DNA of 64,000 nt, taken from Octopus bimaculoides. Taxonomy: Eukaryota. The notes under the pieces were generated by a model, which worked only from the letters and a program-made list of their open reading frames with translations, searched no databases and was not told the origin of the DNA. The translations under genes were made by a program, and so were the position numbers. How positions within the stretch are numbered: the first letter of the stretch is position 1; each line of letters starts with the position of its first letter. The stretch is from contig NC_069000.1 of assembly GCF_001194135.2 (NCBI RefSeq), positions 10,695,583 through 10,759,582 of the forward strand, written 5' to 3'. Shown here in pieces: positions 26,084 through 38,254 of this stretch.

Positions 26084-26153
26084 TTTATCTGCACTGATTT
26101 GTAAATATAGAATTTTATTGCATAATGCGGAGCATACATACTAGTACAGACAT
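26084..26153 (-). CDS. Candidate exon (VCTSMYAPHYAIKFYIYKSVQI)
   Basis: catattttag acceptor and AA|gtaagt donor; the only open frame matches the phase of the 26282-26390 candidate across a 128-nt intron. Confidence 0.25.
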
Positions 26154-26281
26154 CTAAAATATGTGCAGACATGTAAAATAATTTATTACACACTGAAATA
26201 ATAACTACATGGAGAAAGCTGCGAAACAGCTGTAATCTTAACTATGACAAGTGGTTAAATACATATATTTACCTCTCATAC

Positions 26282-26390
26282 CTTTTGACTTTTTATAGCT
26301 TATATGTGCCTCATGAAATAATTTCATCGATTGGATGTCCTGGATTTCAGCTGCATAGAATTCTGCATTATACTCCTCCATATTGGATTT
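26282..26390 (-). CDS. Candidate exon (KSNMEEYNAEFYAAEIQDIQSMKLFHEAHISYKKSK)
   Basis: Protein-like composition and a G|gtatga donor, but a weak acceptor. Overlaps the plus-strand candidate 26299-26394, so probably at most one is real. Confidence 0.25.
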
Positions 26391-26394
26391 CTAG
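26299..26394 (+). CDS. Candidate exon (LYVPHEIISSIGCPGFQLHRILHYTPPYWIS)
   Basis: tttttatag acceptor, AG|gttgtc donor, single open frame. Confidence 0.25.
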
Positions 26395-26496
26395 GTTGTC
26401 TGTTAACTAGGTCTGCTGGAGGAGCTTTGCTTTGTGTCATAACCACATGATTCTATGAATATATATATTACACAACATACATAAATGTGAGTGTGA

Positions 26497-26554
<58 letters not shown>

Positions 26555-27414
26555 NNNNNNNNNNNNNNNNNNNNNNNNNNNNNNNNNNNNNNNNNNNNNN
26601 NNNNNNNNNNNNNNNNNNNNNNNNNNNNNNNNNNNNNNNNNNNNNNNNNNNNNNNNNNNNNNNNNNNNNNNNNNNNNNNNNNNNNNNNNNNNNNNNNNNN
26701 NNNNNNNNNNNNNNNNNNNNNNNNNNNNNNNNNNNNNNNNNNNNNNNNNNNNNNNNNNNNNNNNNNNNNNNNNNNNNNNNNNNNNNNNNNNNNNNNNNNN
26801 NNNNNNNNNNNNNNNNNNNNNNNNNNNNNNNNNNNNNNNNNNNNNNNNNNNNNNNNNNNNNNNNNNNNNNNNNNNNNNNNNNNNNNNNNNNNNNNNNNNN
26901 NNNNNNNNNNNNNNNNNNNNNNNNNNNNNNNNNNNNNNNNNNNNNNNNNNNNNNNNNNNNNNNNNNNNNNNNNNNNNNNNNNNNNNNNNNNNNNNNNNNN
27001 NNNNNNNNNNNNNNNNNNNNNNNNNNNNNNNNNNNNNNNNNNNNNNNNNNNNNNNNNNNNNNNNNNNNNNNNNNNNNNNNNNNNNNNNNNNNNNNNNNNN
27101 NNNNNNNNNNNNNNNNNNNNNNNNNNNNNNNNNNNNNNNNNNNNNNNNNNNNNNNNNNNNNNNNNNNNNNNNNNNNNNNNNNNNNNNNNNNNNNNNNNNN
27201 NNNNNNNNNNNNNNNNNNNNNNNNNNNNNNNNNNNNNNNNNNNNNNNNNNNNNNNNNNNNNNNNNNNNNNNNNNNNNNNNNNNNNNNNNNNNNNNNNNNN
27301 NNNNNNNNNNNNNNNNNNNNNNNNNNNNNNNNNNNNNNNNNNNNNNNNNNATATATACACACAAACACACACACACAATATATTTGTCTTTTGTTTTTTT
27401 ATGAATTCTCCCTA

Positions 27415-27586
27415 TCATCATCATCATCATCGTTTAACGTCCGCTTTCCATGCTAGCATGGGTTGGACGATTTGACTGAGGACTGGTGAAACCGGATGGC
27501 AACACCAAGCTCCAATCTAATATGGCAGAGTTTCTACAGCTGGATGCCCTTCCTAACGCCAACCACTCAGAGAGTGTAATGGGTGC

Positions 27587-27590
<4 letters not shown>
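27415..27590 (-). mobile_element. SINE family D, young copy
   Basis: Nearly identical to 15245-15420. Confidence 0.9.
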
Positions 27591-27623
<33 letters not shown>

Positions 27624-28016
27624 GACACATACACATGTACCTTGCTGGAATTTGAATTCAGAACATAAAGACAGACAATGTGCTAACTAAGCAATCTACC
27701 CTACCATGCTAACAACTATGCCACCTTGCTGGCTTATATTAATATTAATATACATAATCATTTCTACTAAAGGCACAAGGCCTGAAATTTTACATCGTTT
27801 CCCCCTGCCCCAGTATTCAACTGGTACTTAATTCATCAACCCCAAAATGACGAAAGGCAAAGTCGACCTCAGCGGAATTTGAACTCAGAACATAGAGGCA
27901 GAAAAAGTACCAACTAAGAAGTTTGCCTGGCATGCTAACAATTCTGCCAGATTGCTGGCTTATCTTAATACAAATAACAACAAACGCTGTTATTCACTTT
28001 AACTCATTCATAACAG

Positions 28017-28136
28017 GATTAACAGTTGGAATAGTTCTATATGGCACAGTTATAGATGCTTCTAGCTACCATAAACATGAAAGGGTTACCTCATTAACAA
28101 GATTTAGAGATGAATTAATTATATGCTGTATCTATT
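28017..28136 (+). CDS. Candidate exon (LTVGIVLYGTVIDASSYHKHERVTSLTRFRDELIICCIY; alternative acceptor at 28066)
   Basis: ataacag acceptor, T|gtaagt donor, open frame. Confidence 0.2.
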
Positions 28137-29276
28137 GTAAGTGCTGCCAATGTTTGTGTACATTAGTTCTTCCCAGAATGCACTGCAGCAAAATGCAATT
28201 TACATCTTATATATTCATGTAGCTTTTATTCTAGACAAGAAAGTCTTAGCTGTTTCCTTTCTTCATTGATGATTAATAATCAATAGTGACTGTGAGATAA
28301 AAAGTTTGTTTCCCAACTACATGGTCTCAGGTTCAGTCTCACTGCCTGGCACCTTGGGCAAGAGTGTTTTCTACCACTGCCCGGGGCCCAATGAAAGTGA
28401 GAGTCAGTGATGCGAAAGACAGCAGTGATGGTGGTGGAGAGGATGGCTGCAAAGTCAAAGGTATTAATGGTGGTGGCATCAGAAGTTTGAATGGTGTGTG
28501 TATGGCAGTTGTGGTGGCGATAGTGGTGGTACTGGTGATGGTGATGGTTGAAAACAATCAACGGAAAGAGAGAGAGAAAGAAAGAAGTTAGACAGAAAAA
28601 AAATGGTACTGAGCCCTGAATGGGAAGACATAAAATGTTGTTTATCATGCAGCTTTGCAATAAGTTCCAAGTCGACAAATTATATCATTGCTTTGAATAA
28701 AATTGTTCCATGCTTGAAAAATATTGGTCAAATTTTAAAAAATTTAATATTTACTCAATGCATGAAGTGTCATCGTTGGGCCCAAGGCCCAAATGAAGAG
28801 CCCTTCATANNNNNNNNNNNNNNNNNNNNNNNNNNNNNNNNNNNNNNNNNNNNNNNNNNNNNNNNNNNNNNNNNNNNNNNNNNNNNNNNNNNNNNNNNNN
28901 NNNNNNNNNNNNNNNNNNNNNNNNNNNNNNNNNNNNNNNNNNNNNNNNNNNNNNNNNNNNNNNNNNNNNNNNNNNNNNNNNNNNNNNNNNNNNNNNNNNN
29001 NNNNNNNNNNNNNNNNNNNNNNNNNNNNNNNNNNNNNNNNNNNNNNNNNNNNNNNNNNNNNNNNNNNNNNNNNNNNNNNNNNNNNNNNNNNNNNNNNNNN
29101 NNNNNNNNNNNNNNNNNNNNNNNNNNNNNNNNNNNNNNNNNNNNNNNNNNNNNNNNNNNNNNNNNNNNNNNNNNNNNNNNNNNNNNNNNNNNNNNNNNNN
29201 NNNNNNNNNNNNNNNNNNNNNNNNNNNNNNNNNNNNNNNNNNNNNNNNNNNNNNNNNNNNNNNNNNNNNNNNNNNT

Positions 29277-29652
29277 TATTCTTTTATTCTTTTATTCAAA
29301 GCAGTCATTTTAACTGCAGCCATGCTGGAGCACCGCCTTCAGTTGAACAATTCGACTCCAGGACTTATTCTTTGTAAGCCTAGTACTTATTCTCTCGGTC
29401 TCTTTTGCCAAGCCTCTATGATACGGGGACATAAACACACCAACATCAGTTGTCAAGCGATGGTGGGGGGACAAACACAGACACACACACACACACACAC
29501 ACACAAGATGAAGTTCTTTCAGTTTCTGTCTACCAAATTCACTTACAAGGCTTTGGTCAGCCCAATGTTATAGTAGAATACACTTGCTGGTATTGAACCC
29601 AGAATCTTGTGGTTGAGAAAGGAAGCAAACTTCTTACCATACAGCCACACCT
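29277..29652 (-). mobile_element. Composite SINE A-(CA)n-B
   Basis: Reverse complement of the A and B texts. Confidence 0.8.
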
Positions 29653-30787
29653 GGGAATAGCAACAATGAAAGGGTGAGATTTAGCAAACAGATAAGTCAA
29701 TTGATTAGAAAATTTGGAAAACATAAGAGAAGGTTAGGCTGAACAACAAGCATGGAAGTATTTATTGAATTGAAATGTAGAAGCAATGTTTTGGTCATGA
29801 GACAAGGGCTGGAGTTTAGCTGCCAAAACAAGATCAATAGTGTTAGAAACTCACTTTGAACTTGCTCAGGGAGAAAAAGAATGTCAGCAGGGACACTAAC
29901 TCAAAATCGGTAAAAGTACTCCACACAAAGGGGAATAAGTGATTTGTACAAATGAAGAATATATTCAGAGATTCAGAGGAAAGATAATGACAACTTTGAT
30001 ATACAGAACCAACCTTTAGAGATAGCGGCTGTTTTAGCAATAGATCTAATGTAATCATGCCAGATAAGATCTGAAGAAGAAGTTAAGTTTAAAAGGAAAG
30101 AAAAAAAAGACAAAACAAGAAGACTTCAGAAGAACAGTGTTAGACATAGAAATAAGAATGTCATCAAAGTTCCTGCAATGTTTAATGGAAAGTAATATGG
30201 CTTTTTGCAGAGTTGAAGGCAACCAACCACTGGAAACATCAATTTGTCCCTGAATATGGGTCAGGCTCAAGAGAACCGACTATTTTTGCTTGATTAAATG
30301 AATCAAACACCTCATTGAAGCAAGAATACAAAGAAGTGTCATCAGCAAACTCTTATCAAGAAAGAAATCGGTAATTAATATGGTCAGTCAATTAGTTATT
30401 TAATACACAGGTCACAAGGGTAAGCTGAGCTGGTGGACTGCTCATTACACAGCCTTGGATTTGAAACTGACTATAGCCATTATATTATGCTCTGAGACAA
30501 GGTACATCTATACTATAGTGAAGAAAGATGCTTATTAATTAGTTGGGAGTATGTCACTTCTACTAAAAGAAAACAATTATTCAAGTTTAAAGTGTCTAGA
30601 AAATTCTCAAAAATTTCTAATTTTAGCATATTTTTATCAAAATGTGGTTGACAAGCGTTTTGTATTACTGAAGAATTTCTACAACAAAAAGCTAATTTTA
30701 ATTCACAGCAAGATAGTACTTTTCTTCTTTCTCTTTTTCTTTTCTCCTTCTCTCACACTTTGTGTTGTTACTCTACAAACATATCAG

Positions 30788-30867
30788 AAAAACATTTCTC
30801 CAAATTATAAGTTTAATCCAACATCAGCCAAATTATGTTGATTCCAGTATCCTTTCATGTTTGGCAG
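30788..30867 (+). CDS. Candidate exon (KTFLQIISLIQHQPNYVDSSILSCLA)
   Basis: Long pyrimidine tract upstream, catatcag acceptor, CAG|gtaatt donor, single open frame. Confidence 0.3.
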
Positions 30868-31285
30868 GTAATTATGAAGAAATAGAAAGCTGAAGAAGAA
30901 AGTGGATTTAATTTACTTACATCAATTGTACCAAATACAAAATTGACTCATTTTCTTTCAAGTATTTGATTGTTGCACACAGTGTTTGGAAGTAAATTAA
31001 TGATTATAGGATTGTTACAATACATGACAAGGACTATAATGTGAAATCTGTTATATATTTACAATAGTTAATTACTTTTATGAGAACTTCATAGTTTGTG
31101 TTTCTTCACAAATTTTAACACTGTCTTTGAGTGCTTGTTATTATTCTAAATTTATTTCTTGAGTGAGAAATTAAAAAAATGAAGGGAAATTAGATATAAT
31201 ATATCAGGAAAATTACACAAATTGGGAGTCAAATATATAAATATAATTTAGCAATAAGCAGAAAACTGTCATCAGAATATTTCAG

Positions 31286-31335
31286 AGATGATTAAGGCCT
31301 TGAGAACAAAATTAAAATCTTTTTTGTCTTTGATC
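31286..31335 (+). CDS. Candidate exon (EMIKALRTKLKSFLSLI)
   Basis: aatatttcag acceptor and C|gtaagt donor; phase-compatible with 30788-30867. Confidence 0.25.
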
Positions 31336-32221
31336 GTAAGTGTTATTTCGTGTTTGCTTCTATCTAGAAATCAAAGGAAATGACTACTATTCCCTTCAAA
31401 CTTTGCTTTTGTCACCTGGACATCAATGTTTTGAAACTGACTTATTTTCCATTACATTTCAAACTGATTCAGTTTTGAGATGCTGAAGCAGAAATATTGC
31501 TTTAGCAAATATTCTGCTCAATACCACAAATTTGTTTGACCATAACCACTTGAGCATGTCTGTTAATGGCAGACAATATGTGCATCACTGATCATGAGCA
31601 GGAGTAGTGGGGGAGCACCATAGCCATGTGTTGAGAGGGATTCTTTGGGGTTTAAATAAATGTAACAAAAAAAGTTGAAAGAAAATATTAATCATTTTTC
31701 ATACTTTCTAGGCACATGGCTCAGCGGTTGGAGCATCGGGCTCACTATCATGAGGTGGTGAGTTGGACCAAATGCTACAAAAATATTTTGGCCAAGACTC
31801 TAATGCTTCTGTTAATTTATCATCTTTGATAATTGTTTCTTATTTAGACACAAGACTGGTAATTTTGAGGGGAGGGGGTTTAGTTGGTGACACTGATCCC
31901 AGTACTTCACAGGCAGTTCATTTTATCAAACCCCAGAGGGTTGAAAGTCAAAGTTGACCTTGGCAGGGCTTAATGTAGAGTACATTGAATAATGAGATCT
32001 TTGGTTCCTAACACATAGGTAAAAAAAAAAAAAAGAAAGGAAGGTCACATCTGGATTACCTTTGATCATAAATCTACTCTATAAGAGCACAATTGAAGCT
32101 AAACAATAACCGAAAGTTTTTCTCATACTCAGACAAGGGCCGGTTACCAAAGTTGTCCCAATCAGCTGCATGCAAGTTGCTTGTAATCCCTAATTTGAAG
32201 CATCAAAACTGTAAAGAGCCA

Positions 32222-32580
32222 GTTGTGTGGTAAGAAGTTTGCTTCTCATCCACATGGTTCTGGGTTCAAACCCACAACATGGCACCTTGGGCAAGCGTCT
32301 TCTACTATAGCCTCAGGCTGACCAAAGTCTTGTGAGTGGATTTGGTAGACAGAAACTGAAAGAAGCCTGTCATGTGTGTGTGTGTGTGTGTGTTAGTGTT
32401 TGTTGCCCACACATGCTTGACAACCAGTGTTGGTGTGTTTAATTCCCTAATTCAACAAAAAAAAAAAGACTGATAGAATAAGTACGAGGCTTTAAATATA
32501 AAAATAAACCCAAGAGTCAATTCTTCAAGGCATTGCCCCAGCATGGCGACAGTCTAATGACTGAAGCAAGTAAAAGACAA
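32222..32580 (+). mobile_element. Composite SINE A-(TG)n-B
   Basis: Complete A, (TG)n and B with no gap; CpGs largely converted to TpG/CpA. Confidence 0.85.
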
Positions 32581-33019
32581 AAGCTTAGAAGCTTTTTTTC
32601 TTCTTTGTTTTAGATGCTCTAACAATTCTGCAAATCCGTCAGCTAAGTATGTTGACAATAATCCTTTCTACCGTAGGCCAAAGACCTGAAGGTTTGTCTG
32701 GCATGCCAAGTATTTTGTCTGGCATGCTAACAATTCTGCAAGCTTGCTGCCTTAAATTTGTTGGTAATAATGATGACAATAATGATGTTCATAAAGATGA
32801 CAAGAATGGTAACAATAATAATTCTTTCTCAAGGCAACAAGCTGGCTCATGATAGTAACACTGTGGTTTTGATTCCTGGTCTGGGCAACGCATTGTGTTC
32901 TTGAGCAAAACACTTCATTTCACATTTTTCTAGTCTGCTTAACCAGCCAAAAATGAGTAACCCTGCACCATGGTAACCAGCCCTATGAGTCTGTATGATT
33001 CGAGAAGTGTCTGTCTGTC

Positions 33020-33575
33020 AACTGGTACTGTTTATATCAAGCCTGAAAGGATGAAAGGTAAAGTTGACCTCAGTGGAATTTGAACCCAGAATGTAGAGAT
33101 ATAAAGAGTTGGAAGAAAAGCCACTAAGCGTTTTGTCCGACACGCTAATGATTCTTAGCGTTTAAGTCCCACAAGGGGCTAAATATAGAGGGGACAAACA
33201 AGGACAGACAAATGGGTTAAGTTGATTACATCGATCCCAGTGTGTAACTGGTACTTAATTTATCGACCCCAAAAGGATGAAAGACAAAGTTGACCTCGGT
33301 GGAATTTGAACTCAGAACATAAAGACAGATCAAATACTGCTAAGCATTTTGCCTGGCATGCTAACGTTTCTTATTTCTTTATTGCCCACAAGGGGCTAAA
33401 CATAGAGGGGACAAACAAGGACAGACAAAGGAATTAAGTTGATTTCATTGACCCCGAAAGGATGAAAGACAAAGTCGACCTCGGTAGAATTTGAACTCAG
33501 AACGTAACGGCAGGCAAAATACCGCTCAGTATTCTGCCCGGCGTGCTAATGTTTCTGCCAGCTCGCCACCAATAA
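33020..33575 (-). mobile_element. Tandem cluster of SINE C units including a dimer junction
   Basis: Three successive gaaaggatgaaag..aaagt.gacctc...gaatttgaac.cagaa cores; junction text shared with 63640-63772. Confidence 0.85.
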
Positions 33576-33670
33576 TAATGGCAACAATGCTAACAAGGAT
33601 CACAACAGCAATGATGACAATGATGACGATGATGATAACAGTCATGGGAATAATAAATTGGATGATAAGC

Positions 33671-33744
33671 AATCAGTTGTGAGGTGTTTGTAATCATTAC
33701 TTTGAAGCATCAAATTAGTGATTACAAACAGCACACAGCTGATT
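33671..33744. ncRNA. 74-nt near-perfect hairpin (pre-miRNA-like), repeat-associated
   Basis: Arms 33671-33699 and 33716-33744 give 29 pairs with 2 mismatches and 2 G-U (plus strand), plus an inner tttga/tcaaa stem and an agca loop. Confidence 0.35.
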
Positions 33745-33819
33745 GAGACAATTTGGAAAACTGGGTTAGATCTGAATGCTAGAATGGGTTTTAGTTGTCA
33801 TTATTTGGCATCAGATTAA

Positions 33820-34190
33820 GGTGATAAGCTGGCAGAATTGTTAGCACACTGGGCAAAATACTTAGTGGTATTTCATCTGTCTTTACATTTTGAGTTCAAA
33901 TTCCGCCGAGGTCGACTTTGCCTTTCATCCTTTCAGGGTTGATGATTTAAGTACCAGTTGCATAGTGGGGTCGATCTAATTGACTGGTCCCCTCCCCACC
34001 TCAAATTCCAGGCCTTGTGCCTATAGTAGGAAGGATTATTTGGCATCAGATTAAGGTAGCGAGCTGGCAAGAATCATTAGCATGCTGGACAAAAATGCTT
34101 AGCAGTATTTCGCCTCTCGCTATGTTCTGAGTTCAAATTCCACCGAGGTTGACTTTGCCTTTCATCCTTTCAGGTTCGTGAAATTAACAT
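33820..34190 (+). mobile_element. Two SINE C copies in tandem
   Basis: Both begin after ttatttggcatcagattaaggt...gagctggca; inverted relative to 33020-33575. Confidence 0.85.
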
Positions 34191-34440
34191 GCAAGTGGTT
34201 GAGCACTCCACAGACATGTGTACCCTTAACGTAGTTCTCAGGGAAATTCAGCATGACACAGAATATGACAAGGCTGGTCCTTTTGAAATACAGGTACTAC
34301 TCATTTTTGCGAGCTGAGTGGACTGGAGCAACGTGAAATAAAGTGTCTTTGCTCAAGGACACAACACGTTGCTGGGGATTGAACTCATGACCTCACAATC
34401 GTGAGGTGAATACCCTAATCATTAAACCATATGCCTTCAC
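34180..34440 (-). mobile_element. SINE family E
   Basis: Reverse complement of the E core and head. Confidence 0.8.
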
Positions 34441-34470
34441 AGTGGATATGTAGGATTTCAGTATCTAAAG

Positions 34471-35140
34471 CAGGTGGTATTGTCCCCAGGGGGAGCACTG
34501 GGCATGTCAAAGGTGGCATTAGGCTTTCAGGGATGGTGAGGGGGCAATGAAGTAACGCAATCAACATACTAAATTTTACCTATAGTAGTAATTATATTAT
34601 ACATGATAAAACTAGTTATGGTTATAAAAATAAAATGCGAGAGAAGTACATATCATAGATAAGGACATGTTTGAACAAGAGTAATTCAATTTTTAATGTC
34701 ATATTTCTGTCTTGGTTGGTATTTTTCAGGTGTGCAATCTTGCTTGTTTTTCTTCGTATATTGCAATCTCCATCATATTTTGTCTAGTGATGTAATTATA
34801 CACAATTGTTGTGTATGTTACCTTTTTAAAAATTTAGAATGTGTGGGGAAAAATAAAGTATAGTCAATACTCGTGTGAATATTTGAAATATGGATTTATT
34901 CCATCTATAAATAATGAGCAACTGCTGCTGTGTTTAATATGCGAAAAAAACGTTCTCAAATGAAGCAATGAAGCCTTCGAGAATGATTAAACATTTATGA
35001 AGAATGCCAGCAGATAAAGGCAGAAAAAGATGTTGAGCTAGTTTAGCCATGATACCTGAGACACCACTTAGGTGGGTGCTAGGCATAACAACTGATTAAA
35101 AAGGGCTGCTACATGAAAAAAAAAAGGTTGAGATTCACTG
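34471..35140. mobile_element. hAT (Charlie-like) non-autonomous element, left TIR damaged
   Basis: Right end aaaaggttgagattcactg; flanks atctaaag (34463-34470) and atctaatg (35141-35148) form a 7/8 8-bp TSD. Confidence 0.65.
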
Positions 35141-35424
35141 ATCTAATGTGACCTTTTCTAATGTGAGATGGTAGTTGTGGATTGAAAATGATTAGGTTGC
35201 TATTTCTAGCAGGTCAAGGAAGCACATAGAAGTGCTGTCTTATGTTGTCTCATGACAACAGCAATAATAATGACAATATTCTTTGTAAGCCTGGTACTTA
35301 TTCTATCGGTCTCTTTTGCCAAATGGTTAAGTTACAGGGACATAGACACAGCAGCATCAGTTTGAAGCGATGATGGTGGAGGGACAAACACAGACACACA
35401 CACAAATATATACATATATACACA

Positions 35425-35604
35425 TTTTAAGATCCACAAAGATCAGAACTTATCTGCAGCTCTTGGTGGTCCAAATCGGGTATGCGATCTATGTGGGTAT
35501 CTTTTCAAAACATCGTTTGGTTTAAAAAGCTACATCAGATGCCTGAGGTTCTAAGGTGTAGGTACAGGAAGTGGTCAAACTCTGCATAAAAAGTAGACAA
35601 CCAC

Positions 35605-35606
<2 letters not shown>
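35425..35606 (-). mobile_element. Short element embedded in a TA microsatellite, possibly a PLE terminus with a decayed hammerhead
   Basis: Minus strand ggcatCTGATGtagctttttaaaccAAACgatgtt; flanked by (TA)-rich repeats. Confidence 0.3.
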
Positions 35607-35689
<83 letters not shown>

Positions 35690-36719
35690 GTAAGTATAAT
35701 AATATATATAAATATATATAATAATATTAGGGATAAAATCCATATATATATATATATGTATATAGGATAAAAATCTTTTACAAATATATATATGTATATA
35801 TATATATACATATATATGTATGTGTGTGTGTGTGTATTTGTATTTGTTGCCCTTCATCCACTTGACAACGGGTGTCGGTTTGTTTACATCCCTGTAACTT
35901 AATCAGTTTAGCAAAAACAGACTAATAGAATAAGTGCTAAGCTTAAAATAAGTACTGGGTTGATTTGTTCAACTAGACCCTTCAAGGTGGTGCCCCAGCA
36001 TGACCGCAGTTCAGTTGCTGAAACAGATAAAAGATGAAAGTTGAAAGATAAAAAAAAATAGCAGTCAGAGGCAACAAGTTAAGCTTTAACATGTACACGG
36101 CCACTGCTTCCATGACAACAGGTAATTTTTTTTTTTTCCAACTCTAAATTTTGAAAATACACAAATTTAATCTTTGATTATTCCTATTAGTCATAATCAT
36201 CAACAAATTAATTTATTAATTAATAACCATTAAGAAAAAAATTACTTTGAATATTCGAAAAAAAGTTTGCCCTAATAAATGCTGACTGTCAAGATTATGA
36301 AATAATCCGATCTAAAAAATTTTTTAAATTATTAAAAAAAAAACAAAAAAACTGCTGTATTTAAAATCTTTTTAATATTATCGTGGTAGGGGAGAGGAAA
36401 AAAAAACTTGTCGAAGATCCAAAAGCTCCATCTTCCGAAGATCACGACGCAATTTAATCCTGGTGGCAACAAGCATGAAGCAAGGGCAGGTAATCGCTTC
36501 TGGAGAACTCTTTTGGGTTTTATTCAGAAACCTGTTCTTAATTTTAAGTATTTTTTCTATCTTCATTTCATTCCTCTTCCCATCATCGTCCTTCCTCCCC
36601 TTCATTACATCCTCTCTATCTGTCTATAATGTTTCTCTCTCTCTCTTTCTGTGTTACATCTCCTGCGAGGGAGGGAAAGCGAGAGAAAAAATTAACGTGA
36701 GAGCGAGTGGAGAAGAAAG

Positions 36720-37035
36720 AGAGAGGTAGACAGAGATAGAGAGAAAGCTGAAAAAAGAGAGATACAGAAAAAGATAGATACAGAGAGACAGAGAGAGGAA
36801 GAGAGAGATATATACAAAGACAGAGAGAGGAAGAGAGAGATATATACAGAGACAGAGAGAGGAAGAGAGAGATATATACAGAGACAGAGAGAGATATACA
36901 GAGACAGAGAGAGGAAGAGAGGGATATACACAGAGACAGAGAGAGGAAGAGAGAGATATACAGAGACAGAGAGAGGAAGAGAGGGATATACACAGAGACA
37001 GAGAGAGGAAGAGAGAGAGAGACAGAGACAGAGAG
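36720..37035. repeat. Purine-rich minisatellite (~30-nt unit gagacagagagaggaagagagagatatataca)
   Basis: About 8 visible units; source of the SLSL-type ORFs. Confidence 0.9.
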
Positions 37036-37392
37036 GGGTTCCATTGAAAAGCCACAGTAACTCTAACCAACTGGCACCTAAATCTCCCACTCAGTTTGGT
37101 TTCAAAAAAAAAAGTCGACTCTTACCGATCCTTTTCAGTTCTTTTAACCACCACCACCACCACCACCATCATCATTACTATTATTATTATCACTACTATT
37201 ACTGTTTCTTCTTTTCCTCCTTCTTCGACTCTACTACTATCTGGTCACTGCATATTTGAGTATAGAGAGAGAGAGTACAATGGTAATGCTTAAAGTCACC
37301 AGAGGAAAAAAGAAATATATGTATATCTACAAGGAACCGACTGTACTAACATAGACATATATACACACACCATACATATCTACCTATACATC

Positions 37393-37441
<49 letters not shown>

Positions 37442-38217
37442 ATGTATGCACAATATATCACGTACACACGTTTATATATCTATACACATATATAGATCTT
37501 AAGTTCATATATCCTTCACTTTTGTCTTCTCTCCGATCTATGGCAGTCACAACAAGATAACGATTATAGCCATTTATTTTTAATAATTTTTTTCTCTCTC
37601 TATCCATTTTTGTGTTTTTTTTTTACCTTAAAAAAAAACCCCCCAAAAAGGTTACAAAAGAAAAAAGAAAAAGGATTCAACCTGAAATTGTCCCCTTAAT
37701 AATATATAATAATTCTCAGTCTGGAAACATAAAACTGCGAACATACCAAACTAAAAGAGGAAAAAAGAATATTCGAATCTCCTGAAGGAAAAACCATTTT
37801 TAAAAAGGGGAACCTTAAAAAAAAAGAAAAACACAGGAGCAAACATATAAAAAAAATATCTGAAATACATATACACCGAATCACATATATACACACATCC
37901 AAATAAATATATTATAGCATGGCTCATGAGGAGTATTTCGGACCATCAGGCCCGACGAGGATGGGCTATTTTTTACAATGCAGTACAGGTTTGTAAGATT
38001 TTAAATCTTTTTTTCTGTCTACCCATCGGTTGTATATATATATATATATATGTTGTCTTCGTCTATGTCTGTGCAGATATATATATAGGTTTATATTTAT
38101 ATATGTGTATATAGCTAGATTTATATATGTGTATAATTGTTCTATTATTTTTTCTTTATACTGTTGTTGTTTCTTAAGCGAAAGAAGGATCATGTGTAGA
38201 GAAGACTATATATATAT

Positions 38218-38254
<37 letters not shown>

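Noticed and set aside
29700-30370. Purine-rich block as a large exon
   Set aside because: Frequent stops in all frames; possibly an old LINE remnant, but no diagnostic motif could be read.
32614-32646. Acceptor/donor-bounded 33-nt exon
   Set aside because: Its sequence (atgctctaacaattctgc) resembles the SINE C head remnant, so it is kept only as a possible terminal piece of the speculative chain.
34730-34830. Strong acceptor (tttttcag) with open frames
   Set aside because: Lies inside the TSD-bounded hAT element 34471-35140.
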